Translations under genes and position numbers: made by a program
The notes under the pieces: generated by a model
The model's database searches: none
Seen by the model: only the letters and a program-made list of their open reading frames with translations
What the model was told of the DNA's origin: nothing
Assembly (NCBI RefSeq): GCF_035594765.1
Contig: NC_085843.1
Location: 263,105,971-263,169,970 of the forward strand
Length of the DNA: 64,000 bases
From: Anolis carolinensis
Taxonomy: Eukaryota
Direction of reading: 5' to 3'
In this document: one piece after another, positions 38,907-52,015 of the stretch
Layout: each line of letters opens with the position of its first letter
How positions within the stretch are numbered: position 1 is the stretch's first letter

Positions 38907-39748
38907 AAGCCGCTGAGATGTCCAAGAGAACCAACAGGGTCACACTCCCCCTGTCCAGCTCTCTACGGAAGTCATCCACCAAGGCGACCAAGGCTGTCTC
39001 GGTGCCGTGACCAGGCCTGAAACCAGACTGTGACTGATCTAGGTAGTTGATGTCATCTAGAAAGCCCTGGAGCTGGGAGGCAACCACCCGCTCCAGCACC
39101 TTACCCAAGAAAGGGAGGTTGGAGATTGGTCTGAAATTGTTCAGCACCGTGGAGTCAAGGGAAACCTTTTTAAGGAGTGGACGAACCACAGCTTGTTTCA
39201 GATAAGATGGAAAAAACCCCTGCTCCAACGATGCATTAATGATCAACACAAACCAATCAACCAGTCCCTCCCTGGCCGATTTAATTAGCAAAGACGGGCA
39301 AGGGTCCAGAGCCGACGTGGTTGCCCTCACAGCCCCAAGGACCTCCACCACGGTCTCAGGAAGAACAAGCCTAAAAGAATCCCACAAAATCGGACAAGCA
39401 GATGCCTCAATCACCTCCCCTGGCACTGTGGTGGAATTGGAGTCGAGTTCAAGGCGTATCTGAGCGACTTTGTCTGCAAAATGGTGTGCGAGATCGCGAC
39501 ACCGAGTTGCTGGGTCGTCAAAAGTCTCCTCCACCACAGGTGGCTGAAGGAGTTCCCCAACGACCCGAAACAACTCCGATGATCTATTTGCTGCAGACGC
39601 TATACGGGTAGTCATATAGGACTCCTTGGCTGCCCATATAGCCACGGTATACGCCCTAAGAAAGGCTGTAGCCCGTGCTCGGTCGGACACATCCCGAGAA
39701 CTCCTCCAAGTGCACTCTAGCCCCCTCCTCGTATGCTTCATCACAGCC
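38907..39748 (-). mobile_element. L2 LINE internal ORF2 fragment (tether + RT N-terminal domains)
   Basis: Open frame with HFADKVAQIR, KQAVVRPLLKK, NFRPISNLPFLGKVLERVV, QSGFRPGHGTETAL, LVLLDISAA; breaks before the YxDD motif. Confidence 0.9.
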
Positions 39749-39860
39749 AGAAGCATTTTCTCCTGGAGTTTCCAAAAATGCTTGTGGAACATGGCCATAC
39801 AGCCTGGAAACTCATAGCAACCCAGTGATTCAATCCAGCCATGAAAGCCATCGACAACAC
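39748..39860. mobile_element. Short inverted Penelope terminal-repeat piece
   Basis: ccagaagcattttctcctg (minus sense) abutting aatgcttgtggaacatggccatacagcc...gaaagccatcgacaacac (plus sense); a similar + piece is at 32502-32590. Confidence 0.65.
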
Positions 39861-42014
39861 AAAGAACACAATGGGCAGAAGAGACTGACCTGAGACAACA
39901 CATTAGCTGGAGTAAGTGCAGGTTCAGACAAGCTGTTTCTCACAGGAAGGATGTTCAGCTTCAATTGTCAATTGCCAATTGCCTCAGCATGGCAAGCAGA
40001 AGAGATTGGAGTTTGATTCCATCAATCATCCAAGCATGCTGGGTTTTGCAAAGTGCATGTGTATGTAGATAATTTGAAGAAAAGACTCCCAAAAAAATCT
40101 TATAAAAATACAATGGAAGATAGAGCAGCTACCAAAAAATGGCTTTGTGATGACAGATGCATATCTGCAGTGAACATGAGAATGAAGGAGCAATCATTTT
40201 CTCTCACAGTAGTGATGTAAATATCTTCCTGGAGTGCACCGTTTATGGACTTTATTTCTTGAAGACAAAAATGATAATTTCTTGGACATTTATGTTACCA
40301 TTTTAAATAAACTTAGAACTGCTCCACTGAACACAATTAACATCTAGATCCATGGTTCGCCAACCAGGTCCTCCAGATGTTTTGGACTTCACCAGTTAGA
40401 ATTCCTGGTTATTGATTAAGCTGTTTAGGGTTTATGGGAGTTAAAATCAAAAACACCTAGAAGACCAAAGTTTGGGGACTACTTGAATTTTTCATACACA
40501 CACATACACAATTTCATGATCCCTGGGAGACAATCCAGAAAGCCTAGGCTAGATCAGATCTTTCACTCTAGAGGCAGAAATCAAGGAAGGGGAAGTGTGA
40601 CACTTCTACCCTGGTGCAACAGCCACTTCCTGACAGAAGGCTGTTGGAGCTCCAACTTCAAAGTAAGGGACTATGTTGCAGCTGGGAGTAGAGGCAACAA
40701 AGGAGAGGGGGATGAGAGAGAACAACCATCCCATGTTCTTGCACCATCCGAGCCCAGGGAGTAAAGACAGCTGGGGCTAATTCCGCTTAGGAACCAGACC
40801 AGCTTCCTGCATAGTCCCTAACTCAGGGGAGAACTCAAGCCCTGCATCAGGATTTGGATTTTCCCGAGTCAGTTTAACCTGGAAAAAAACCACATTAAGC
40901 GGGTTTCCCCAACTTAATCTAGATCAGCCCTGTGTGGTGTTTGACTGCCACTGGATTGTTCTCACTTCACACTGACCTTGGTGTGAGGTGCCCCAGTTTG
41001 ACACCACTTTAATTGCCATGGCTCAGTGTTATGGAATCGGGAATCTACAGTTCAATGAGGCACCAACACTCTTGGGAATAGAGGCCTAAAAAGACCTGTA
41101 AAACTACATTTCCAATGATTCCATAGCTTTGAGCCATGGCAGTTAAAGTAGATCAAAATGCATACATTCTATAGTGTGAATGCATCCTAAGGAGATTTTT
41201 GACTCTACAAATCCAAAGCGTGAGCCATGGCAGTTAAAGTGGTGCCAAATAAATTCTACAGTGTAGATATACCCTGTGTACAAAATAGAATCAAGTAAGC
41301 TGGAAAGGAGATATTAGAACTGAGGAGACAGATTGATCCTTGTCAGGGACAACAAATAGAATAACTAAACTGTGTCTAAAATAATTTATTTGTGGAGAAG
41401 GCTATTAAGACCTATCCTGGGAAAGACAGATTGGAGTACCACCACTGAGTGGTACTTGCCTAAGAAAACCTTATAAAATTCATGGGGTTGACATAAATGG
41501 ACAAGCAACTTGAAGGTACATAAACATCCAGACACAAGAGAGATCAAAAAGAAGTACAATAGTACTTTAGCTACTCATCCATCAAGGTAGCCTGTTTTCA
41601 AGGTGCAGGAGCTCAATGGAGGATAGGGTTTATCTATAATTCCAAGCTCCTGGTACCCAACTATTTCAGATATCCATTTTCCTTATGGCTGTGTTGTTCT
41701 TTTAGTACCAAAATCACCATTTGTTATTTACAAAATGTAATATTAACAAGCACAATCTTTGTGCTACAATTAAAAATATTTTGTACCTTCACTGTGTTGT
41801 GTATCTTGTGTACATCAGGAGGTAACAATGCAAATGAAATCCATTTCAGTTCCAGGTTGCGAAACAGCAAAATGTATTTTAAAAAGTTAAAGGGAATGAA
41901 TTATTTTTATAAGGCATAACGGTTGCTATATGAAAAGCCAGACAAAAATAGGCACATCTCTGCAAAAACAAGAAATTTCCCTAGACTAGCACACGAACAT
42001 TTCTTCAAATTTTT

Positions 42015-42230
42015 TGTGCGTGTCAGGAGCGACTTGAGAAACTGTAAGCCGCTTCAGGTGTGAGAGAATTGGCCATCTGTAAGGACGTTGCCCAAGGGAC
42101 ACCCGGAATTTTTTTTGATGTTTTACCATCCTTGTTGGAGGCTTCTCTCATATCCCCACATGGAGCTGGAGCTGACAGAGGGAGCTCATCCATGCTCTCC
42201 CCGGGTTGGATTCAAACCGGCGACCTTCAG
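42015..42230 (-). mobile_element. tRNA-derived SINE (same family as 36813)
   Basis: Sequence similarity within the window. Confidence 0.65.
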
Positions 42231-42527
42231 TATTTCTTCAAAAATTATTTATTAACCAATTATTGCTCACTTCCCTTTTCAAATATAAATATATGTAATC
42301 AAAATGTTGATAGTATTTTTTCTTTCTCTTTGCCATATAAGCAGATCGAGCCCAGCTTTGACAAAATCTACCTTGATCCATGATTTGGGAGGAAGCACAT
42401 TTTTACAGGGGTTCCTCATGTCATTTTTCTTCCAATTATGCTGCATGGTATTTTACAATCTCTGATTCATTTCATTCATGCAGAAAAGCTATGTCATGAT
42501 GCTTTGACTGGGCTGACGTTCCTTGTT

Positions 42528-42981
42528 TCATAGAATCATAGAGTTGGAAAAGACTGCGTGGGCCATCCAGTCCAACTCCCTGCCATGCAAGAAAATCATA
42601 GCCTCTGTTTAAAAGTCTCCAAAGAAAGAGCCTCCATTACACTCCAAGGCAGAGAGTTCCACTGTTGAACCTCTCTTACAGTCAGGAAGTTCTTCCTAAT
42701 GTTCAATTGGAAACGCCTTTCCTGTAATGTGAACCCACTGCTTTTAGTCCTAGTCTCCAGGGCAGCAGAAAACAAGCTTGTTTCCTTTTCCTTATGACAT
42801 CTTTTCACATTTTTATGCATGGCTATCATGTCTCCTCTCAATCTTCTCTTCTGCAGGCTAAACAGATCCAGCTCTTTAAGATGTTGCTCATAGGGCATGG
42901 TCTCCAGACCTTTGATAATTTTAGTTGTCCTCTTCTGGACACGTTCCAGCTTGTCAATACCCCTCTTAAAGTGTGGTGCCA
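42528..42981 (-). mobile_element. CR1 LINE 3' fragment
   Basis: ORF 42596..43057: DKLERVQKRTTKII..KRRLRGD..WNSLP; tcatagaatcatag tail. Confidence 0.9.
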
Positions 42982-43382
42982 TTAACGACCCACCAATAAT
43001 ACTAATAACAACCACCGTGTTGGCTGTCCTGCTTTTATACAAGACCCAGCTAATCAAATATTGTATTGCATCATCCCTGGTGCTTTGTCATTCCTCATGA
43101 TTTCATTATGCTTATGATTTCACCTTACCTTGTCTCTCTGAGCTTGCAGTTAGACACCTGGATTTGCTGCCATTCTTAGTTTCTTGCTGGGCATTGATAA
43201 ATATTGGAGTGAGAGAACTATTTTGGAGAATTTGCTGGGAGTAAGAGAAGGAGAGAACATGATGTGGTACAGAGCTGATTGTGTTTGTATGACTGAGCAG
43301 CAAGATAAAAGCCTTGCTGATTTTGGAATGAAAATTCTGCTACTTGCCTGTGTGCGCTGTTCAATAAAGTACTTCCAGACTA

Positions 43383-43438
<56 letters not shown>
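43383..43438. repeat. (AAT)n microsatellite
   Basis: Direct reading; explains the poly-Tyr ORF 43150..43443. Confidence 0.95.
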
Positions 43439-43439
<1 letters not shown>

Positions 43440-43544
43440 CCATTTAATCTCCCAGGAGGGACTCAGAGTGGATTACAGTACGCATACAAGGCAAACATTC
43501 AATGTCTTTTTATACAGTGGACAATGGCATATAATACACAGACA

Positions 43545-43880
43545 AAGGTAAAGGCTTCCCTTTCATCTCCGGCATCTGGAAGCAATGTTCAACTCCAGCC
43601 ATGGGGAGGTGCTCTTGTTCCATTTTTTCATGCCGAGGAGACTATTGTCTGTAGACTTCTCTGATGTGTTGCCAGCATGTCTGCATGGGGCGCCTTTTTA
43701 CTTTCCCACCAAGGCGATACCTATTGATCTACTCACATTGCATGCTTTTGAACCACTAGGTTGGCAGAAGCTAGGGCTGACAGCAGAAACTCACCCTGAC
43801 TCACAGCTACAAACTGCCAACCCTCCGGTCAGCAGATCTCCTGCAACTAGCGGTTTAATCTGCTGTGCAACCGTGGCCCC
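43545..43880 (-). mobile_element. Sauria-type SINE (diverged variant)
   Basis: aaggtaaagg tail, cctattgatctactcaca core, tRNA-like head. Confidence 0.7.
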
Positions 43881-45499
43881 ATGCTTAGATACCTAGAGCT
43901 AGCTTTCCTCACTTATCGAAAGACTATAAGATACTAACAGAGCATTTTCAATCCTATCAGATAGGCATATGTGGAGTGAAGAAAACTGTGTATATTGCAT
44001 CTGCAAATTCACATCCAGCAAAACTATTCAGTGAATAGGCTCTAATTCAGGCACTTGCTGAGGCTGATTCTAGAGCCATCAGCATTTCTCTGTGGAGCTT
44101 TTAGTAATCGTTTCACAGAAAATTCCCTTTATACCTGTTTTATATACCTATATACCTGGGGTCATGTAAAAATTTATCAAGTGGAAAGGGGTCAGGAAAT
44201 TGCTTAAGAAGCCATACACAAGCAAGTGAAATCACAGGTACTGGTACCATGGACAGGGGAGCCATACTATAATACTGCTAATTGCTACAACTGGGATATT
44301 TAAAAATAATTTAGAATCAGATCATCATAAATTGGGGAAAGATTAAAAGAGCCATTCATGCCCACCCCATTTAGAAATGTACAGCCTGGCATATTTCAAG
44401 AGGTGACTGGGTGCAAACCCATGAACCTGCAGGTACAGTTAAAATAAAAAGTGTTGGAAACCCTCGGTATTTTGAGTCAATGTGCTTGAGTCCTGTGACT
44501 CACACAGAAATCAATAATGTGCCTGAACCATCTTATGTGTGGGAAATAAACACAGGCTTCGTTTCTGGCAGTCTGGGATTTATGTACATCATTTTACACT
44601 GGACATTTTACCTCACACTTCTGGTGTTGCTGCTTGAGGAAGGAAAAATGAAACTATTCCTCTTAGCTTTTCATTCAATGAGAAGGGAAAAAAAGCACGT
44701 TGAATATTTGCAGGCAATGCAAAGTAAACATGAGTAAAAAACACTCTCACTTCCTCTAGAACAAGAGGAGCAAGTGAAAAGAATGACATTTCTCAGCTGG
44801 CTTAGTCTCTACACCTACAGGAATTAAATTTGGGAAACAAATGTCAATGTAATCTGAAGAAACAGACAGAAATGTCTGGGAATTCAAAGATTGCATGATT
44901 GGGGCATCATTCGTCTGGTACTGGCAATTAGTCAGTAGATGCTATGCCCGAAAGCATGTTATTAATATGTTTATTCAAATGGATACAAAAAATCCCCTGT
45001 TGCTAATACATCCAATTGAACTAAGTAATGGAGCTTTCTTGAGTTTGGATCATGTAAGTACTTCCCAGCCCCAAATGGAATAAAAGCCATCAGCCATCTC
45101 CTTGATATGGATTTGAGATTATTTAGTTTAGGAAGAGGAAAACATGATGGGGCAACATGCTAACCGCTGTATAAAAATTCGGCATAGTATCAAATGTAAA
45201 GCATGATGTTGTATAAGTGAAGAAAGAAAATGTTTTCCTCCCTCTTGGATAGTTAAACCCTGATGTTATCTAATAAATGTAACAGTGAAAAGTGAGTAGA
45301 GATGTAAAGAGTATTCACATCAACAAGGAATGTTGCTCCAACACACCAAAAATACATTGAAAGACTACATTGTACTGTTGTTGTTGTCCATCAGCAAGGG
45401 GAGGAGATCAGTAAGCCCCATGCCAACCCCTTGTGGGATTTGTAAAAAATGTAGAGAAGGTAGTTTGCAAAAAAAAAAAAAGTTTTAATGCAAATAAAA

Positions 45500-45950
45500 T
45501 ATTTTTTTAATAATTTTTTATTTTTTAAAACACAAAAAATACATACTGTAGACATACAAAACATTTACAATTCCCACCACCAACACGAGGATTGTTTTCT
45601 TTTTACATATTTGTTTCTTTATGAGACAATTTTTATATCTTTATCTTAATCCATTTCCAACCTATATACTATATAACATTTGTATCTTATTTCTTATGGC
45701 TTGATCTCCAGATTGATTCATGATATAGTTCTTTACCATTGTCCATCTTTCTTCCATTTCTCTTGTTCTATTTTCATTAGTTTTTACAACATTTAGTTTC
45801 ACATTCATAATTTCAAATTCCATTTGCTCCACCATATATTGGTACCATTTATTTACTGTCCATTTTGATTTATCTTTCCACCCTAATACTATTACTGCTT
45901 GTGCACATTCAATTATTGCTTCTTTTATTTCCCTTTTATTTCCCATTTTT
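45500..45950 (-). mobile_element. L1/Tx1-like LINE 3' end
   Basis: ORF 45662..45946 (AQAVIVLGWK..W..W..ERWTMVKNYI) resembles an L1 ORF2 C-terminus; A-rich tail on the minus strand. Confidence 0.55.
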
Positions 45951-45974
45951 TATGGGGAAAAAGCAAATAAAATA

Positions 45975-46145
45975 TTAATAGACCATGCAAACAGGATCTG
46001 CAAATCCCACCGCTTCCAAGATGAACTGAACCACCTAAACTGGGCTTTACAAGCCAATGTGTGTTCTACAACAGACATCAGAAGAGCTGCAAGACCAAGA
46101 ACAAGCCACAGGAGTAAAGACAACAATCCACCCAGAGGAAAAGGT
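45975..46145 (+). mobile_element. Penelope-like ORF fragment (RT thumb/linker)
   Basis: Frame from 45975: LIDHANRICKSHRFQDELNHLNWALQANVCSTTDIRRAARPRTSHRSKDNNPPRGK, matching the recalled PLE motif RAxRIC..EL..L...LQANGY. Confidence 0.65.
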
Positions 46146-47262
46146 GGCCTCAACAGGGGTTGGCTTGACACATCTTCCTCTTGACACGTTTCTCCCTTTC
46201 GCCCTCCATTCGTGCCTCTTTGAATTCCACAACACTGTTGGTAACAGCTGACCTCTAGCTAGAACAATCCAGGGCCAGGGCTTCCCAGTTCACGTTGTCT
46301 ATGCCACAGTTTTTAAGGTTAGCTTTAAGCCCATCTTTAAATCTCTTGTTTGCTGTCCACCAACATTCTGTTTTCATTCTTCTGGTAAGGACTTGAAGTC
46401 TTTGTCAGCATCTAGTGATGCTTATGCTGGGTTTTGGCAAGATTAATTCTGTGTATTCTTCATTCTTGTTTAGACAATCCCTTCCAGAAGAAAGTGTAGC
46501 CTCCTTTTCCCCCTTCAGCTGTCCCTCTTATGCTCTCCGGATTTCTTGGAGTACTGCTATATCAATATTAACGCGCCTCAGGTACTTCACAATAATAGCA
46601 GTCCTGCGTTCGGGGCATTCATTATTTGTGTTATTCAACAGTATCCGTATTTTCCATGTTCCAAAGTTCATATTTTTTTACCACAAGGTGGTGACTCCTC
46701 TGGATAAGGCAGTCCAATCAGAGAAGAGAGAGGCAGACTATGTTTAGGGCACCTTTTGTAACACCTTCCCCATATGGGGTGAGCACAGTGGATCCGAAAT
46801 AGGGTTGCTCAGTCATGGATACACTTGCCAAACTGCTCAGCTGCCTCGAACCTTAAGGTAGATCAACTAAATCCATATCATTGCCCATATGCTAGTCCAT
46901 GATTGGGGACTTCCAGATTTCACAGTCCTGCCCCCATCACCACTTACTGATCTTTATGGGACCTTTGTTGGTTTTCTTTTCTTTTTCTTGGAAAACACCT
47001 ATGCGTGGATTCTATTTTATGTGTGGAGATCAGAACACACTCAATCAACACAGTCTTCACAGAAAGAAGTTCACATTTGGTGGCATGGTTAACCCAATGT
47101 CCAGTGGCTTCTCAACCTTCTTTTGCCTTCACAGCCGTTATAGCATGTACTATGTTTTCATTCAGCTGCTTCGCCATTGATGACTTCAGACTGTGCAACA
47201 GCTTCACATGCAGGTTCACTGGAACACACAAGCCCCCTCACCACGACAAGGTGACAGTCCAT
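46146..47262 (-). mobile_element. Internally deleted RTE-clade LINE (5' UTR + endonuclease N-terminus joined to ORF C-terminus)
   Basis: From ATG 46671(-): MNFGTWKIRILLNN..PERRTAIIVKYLRRVNIDIAVLQEIR, then (after a frameshift) GYTFFWKG; further on ..RFKDGLKANLKNCGIDNVNWEALALD... Confidence 0.8.
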
Positions 47263-47289
47263 TGAGGAATGGATTTGTATCTAGCTAAC

Positions 47290-47740
47290 TAGTCCAGACC
47301 CATCTCCCTTTATGATCCGGTGTGATTGTTAAGATCTTCTGGGGAGGACCTGCTCTCGGTCCCACCCCCATTGCAGGCTCAGTTGGCGGGGACGAGACAG
47401 AGCCTTGTCGGTGGTGACCCCATGACTGTGGAACTTCCTCCCCAGTGACATCAGAACAGACCCCTCACTCCTAAGCTTCAGGAAGAATCTTAAGACCTGG
47501 CTATTTAAGCAAGCCTTTGGGGATTAATATGACCCATAAGAATGGCGAAGTAATTGGTTCAATGTTTATAAAGCTGAGTTGTTGCTAGATTTTTAATATG
47601 TTTTAATCATTTCAAAGACATTTTAATTGATATGTATATATTTTTACAGTTTTATAATATTGTGTTTAACCCATATTGTTATTATCTGAATCTGGCATTG
47701 AATTATTGCCATTGTTTGTAAGCCACCCTTGTGATGTAAT
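47290..47740 (+). mobile_element. L2 LINE 3' end, degraded
   Basis: Similar to the reverse complement of 9964-10260 (ctgtggaacttcctcccc, aagacctggctatt). Confidence 0.7.
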
Positions 47741-49704
47741 GTAAAAATCAAAATATGTAGTGCACACACTGCCTTGCCAGATAAAGAAGATATGTGCCAC
47801 ACAGGTGAACAATAAAGAACAAATGGTTTATTCTTCTTAAACCCAGAACAAGAAATGTATAATGTGCTCAGTTGCACCAACTCCCATAATGTCCTTTTAT
47901 GAGAGTTTTAAAATAGTCTTTCGTTTGTCCATGTAGATAAATTCCTTCCAACAGCTTATGAAGCAAGAGCACACTTCAAACTCTGTGTTTCTCTCGCTCT
48001 GCTTCTTTCTTCCAACTGTCACACTGCATCTGTTTAGCTAAGGCCTGAACAAAATTACAACAGTATCAAAAACTCCCAGGCATACCAGCTCTCCAGACAT
48101 GGCTCAACCAATCAACTTCATGCATCTTGTTTTGCAGTTGACTCACACACACACACACACATTAAATGATTTCTTACATATCGCAACAACCCTAAGTTCC
48201 CCTTCAGGGGTAAGAAGAGCTGGGTAAGGACAGTAAATAAATAAAATTGTAGCCATTAGTCATCCCTTTCTGAAACTGGCACCCATCCCATGAGGTGAGA
48301 TGAAACTGGCTACTGTGGCATTTTTTTCTCTTATTTGCAAAAGCCAAAACACCTGTTCCAGTGTGCAAGTTTATTTCGAAACCCCATCTGACCTCATCTG
48401 CACAAAGTAGATTCTAATCTGATCTGATGGACATTTCTTTGAAGTTACTTTCGTATGTTCATTTAAAGTCACTTAAGGACAAAGAAGGGCCGATGGGAAA
48501 ATATAGCCATGCACAGTACAACTTTGTTTTCATCTTGGTACCAAAGCTACTACATTCTTTTTGCTTGATAGAAGCTCTTAAAGGATATTTCAGATTCATG
48601 GACTTTTCATATGGTAATTCTAGCTCCATATTACAGTCACAGGTTTCTTCTTGAGAAGCAATCCATATACCTGCTTTCTCTCTCCTCTTCTGCTCCAAAC
48701 CTCTTTTCTAATGCACATTGTAGATGCATGACTTATTATGAGTGCATCATACATTAGTCATGTAGCTAAAATCTCTGGGTATTGACCATGCTTTTTCTGA
48801 ACTGGATTCTTTCATGCACTAGTTTCCTGTAACAACTATATATAGGTCAGATATCCCTGCTGCATTTTTATACTGTGTATAAAGATGTGCACACATGCAC
48901 ACCTGCCTGTAAAGCCCTAAAAGCCATGGGACATTACTTAAATTTCCCTGAATGAAGCATCCTCAAAGGAAGTTCTTTGTGTGCCCCACCTGGTAAAATC
49001 AGATAAATGTCAACATCAGTCAACATTTTCTGAAAAGTCCATCCAGTACAATTATGGAAACACCTGCTCTTCCATGATTCAGGAGTCAATTTAAAGCTCT
49101 CATTTTTTTTCTCTAAGGACCTCATCATATGCAAGTCCCCATCCCTTCCATTTCCACAAACTTCTAAAACAGTGAATAGATGAAGCAACACAGACTCCAT
49201 CATATGACACAAGGCTCTTCAGGGACAGAGGATTATGGAGAATTTATTCAGAAAGAATGCATACAAGAATTAGATGTCATTTTGATTTGACTTTTGTTCA
49301 CAACCAAAGCTGAAAGTTCCAACTGGTACCTCTTTTTAAAAATGGCCATCCGCCCTATATGTGGCTTAACTGATTTGTTCCTGGTTTAACTGATCTCTGT
49401 CTTGCATTAACAATGCAAGATGAGCTGTAATTAGAGGCTATGTTTTTCCTGTCCCAATACAATCTTACATTTAATTATATCACACAGCATTTGATGTAAT
49501 CAAAATCACTGTAAAGTAGTGGCTTTATCTGTACATAATACAGACACATCCCAGTCACTTCCAGTGTTATTGCTGTTATTGGGTATTTTTGTAATTCGTG
49601 GGGATCTCTCCAGAATGTTTTAGGGACAGAAAATTGGCTGCCTGATCTGCAGCAGTTGTCCCTCCCTTTTGTAAACACGGCACTGTTTTCTCCTGTGTGA
49701 TAAA

Positions 49705-50331
49705 TGTTGTGGTAATCTCTGAGCGGTTAGACTCAATTTAACCCTCTCTGGGGGAGATTCCACCAAAAATCAGCAGAGTAGCAAAAGCAAAGCTTTCAAA
49801 TGCAGCAGTTACTTACACGGGGCGAGCAAGAGAAGCCTTTGACCATTTAGGATTGCAATGGACTGCAGAGTCTCAGTAAAAGTTCAAAAGGTATTTATTC
49901 AGGTAAAAAGAACTCCATTGTAGATAGAAAGGCCTGGGAGCTGTCTAGTCTACTCTAGATTGGTTTCTAAGGAAAAATAAGAAAGGAAAAATAACAAATA
50001 TCTAAATAGTTACATCTTGCCAGGAGAGACAGCAAGATGCTTCTTGTTAGCTAGAAGAACAAAGGGAGAAGAGAGAACCAAAATGGTTCCAACCTCATGG
50101 TCCAGTTTATTGGGGCCATAAAAGACATTCTGACCAATGAGAAGTTAGTGTCCCTAAAGATTCACATTTCCACTAACTTCAAAGTAAGGGATGTGACGTA
50201 AACAGGATAGAGTGAAACACAGTAAAGCCTGTCTAGGCATGCTTTGGAAACAGGGAAAGGATTCCCTCAATCTAACCCTATCATCTATCTAACTACATCT
50301 AGACTTGAGTAGTCCAGGATGATTCCCAACA
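49705..50331 (-). mobile_element. Solo LTR (ERV/LTR retrotransposon), 627 bp
   Basis: TGTTG...CAACA inverted termini; AATAAA on the minus strand at ~49894-49899; flanked by a 43-bp direct repeat. Confidence 0.65.
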
Positions 50332-52015
50332 ATCTCCCTTTTGTAAACACATCACTGTTTTTTCCTGTGTGATAAAGATGTGATAAAAAAAAACACATCC
50401 TGTGTTTTCTCATGGCACATCTACTGCTATCACCATCTATATCACTAGGATACAGTGGACTTTCTGCTATTGGATGGGCCTGACGTATGGTATGTTCCCA
50501 GGTGGGGCATGGAGGTAGGATGAGCCCTGCAACTGAGGCATACAAACAACAAACAATAACTTGGTCAAAGGACCTATCACTGGTTAAAACAGCTAGAGTT
50601 TATTTCAAACATCAGTAATTTATAGAACTTCAGAACTAGAAAGAAAAAGGCAAAGTGTGCATAAGAAATAGGTAATGCATACATGGTAATTCTTATCCAA
50701 GATCTATATGACCCACACAGAATGTCAGTAGATATTGTTTGTTGTTTATGGGGATATTCTTAGGTTTTGTATTGTAACTATAATATCCAATGGGGTGGCC
50801 CTGGACACATAATATTGCAGTTACAGCATTTCTAGAATAGCACAAATGGCAGAGCTCAGCAAGAAAATACAGACCATGGGTGAGACATTGGCTATTGTAA
50901 AAGCGGAGTTAATCAGGGCAATGAAAACAAAACAATATACTTGGCACCACCAACAAATTTAGCACTGACATTGAGATCCAATGGCAATGGCAGCAGCTGT
51001 GGTTCAGGATAATGTACTATATCCTCTTGCATCACAAAGTCCTGAAAGACTGCAGAGCTACTTCCTGAAAGTAAATGAGGCAGCCCACTGTGATTTCAAT
51101 GGCACAGACAGTGATACTCGTAGGTTTCTCATGGTGGGAAATGACATAAGATTGTCATGGTGGGGAAATGGGCATAAGAGAGCATTGCAAGATGTTAGAG
51201 ACACATTCATCACTGTTTTAAAATGTAACTCGCTATTCTCTGGTTGTTTCCCTATAAATGACACAAGAAACAGTGTAACAAATTTCCATTCATACAAAAC
51301 ATAGAAACAGTTACAATTCTGAGAAACCTGGAAAGTAATTTCAAGGAAAGACACTCAAACATTTTTACAAACGCTTTCACTTCTACTGAGGAAATGATCT
51401 CCTAACCTTCTTATACCAAAGCAAAAATCTCAATGACTTTACCCAAACACTGGAAAATACACAGTGCACCTGGAAAATTATAGATCATTAGCAGAGCAAG
51501 AAAGCAACTGTTGTTACACATACTATAGGGAATCCTAAAGAAAGCACTGTCAACATCAATGACAGTAATCAGGAAATGAAATAAAGTCTGAACTGACAGA
51601 ACTCAATCCTCTTACCATTGAAATTAGTAATGAAATTGCTGCAAAGTCAATCAAGTGTAACTAGATTGAATTCATAATTACTTAGAGTCAGAAAGCAGAG
51701 AGTGATCAAAGTAAAACATATTGGCAATATTAACTTAAGCAATTTTACAAAAATATGAAAATTACAAAGGTAAATTCATCTTATATCATGTAAGGGTATA
51801 TTACATCTGTTATGGATCAGCATTGTTCCACCTGTATGCAAGCTCATGTCAGCCACTGTTTGTTTAACCTTTGAGAATGGATAGTGCATGCAAGAGAAGA
51901 GTCATGCGTACTCAGTTAATTTATATCATTTACTTAACAGCTTCCAAAAGTCCAAAACAAGTGTAAAACAAAAATAAATTTAAATCTCATTTCACAAAAG
52001 TTAAACAAGTCTTAC

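Noticed and set aside
43150-43443. Poly-Tyr ORF
   Set aside because: Translation of an (AAT)n microsatellite.
50981-51354. Overlapping 107-aa and 98-aa ORFs in non-repeat DNA
   Set aside because: No recognisable motif or partner exons; lengths are within chance.
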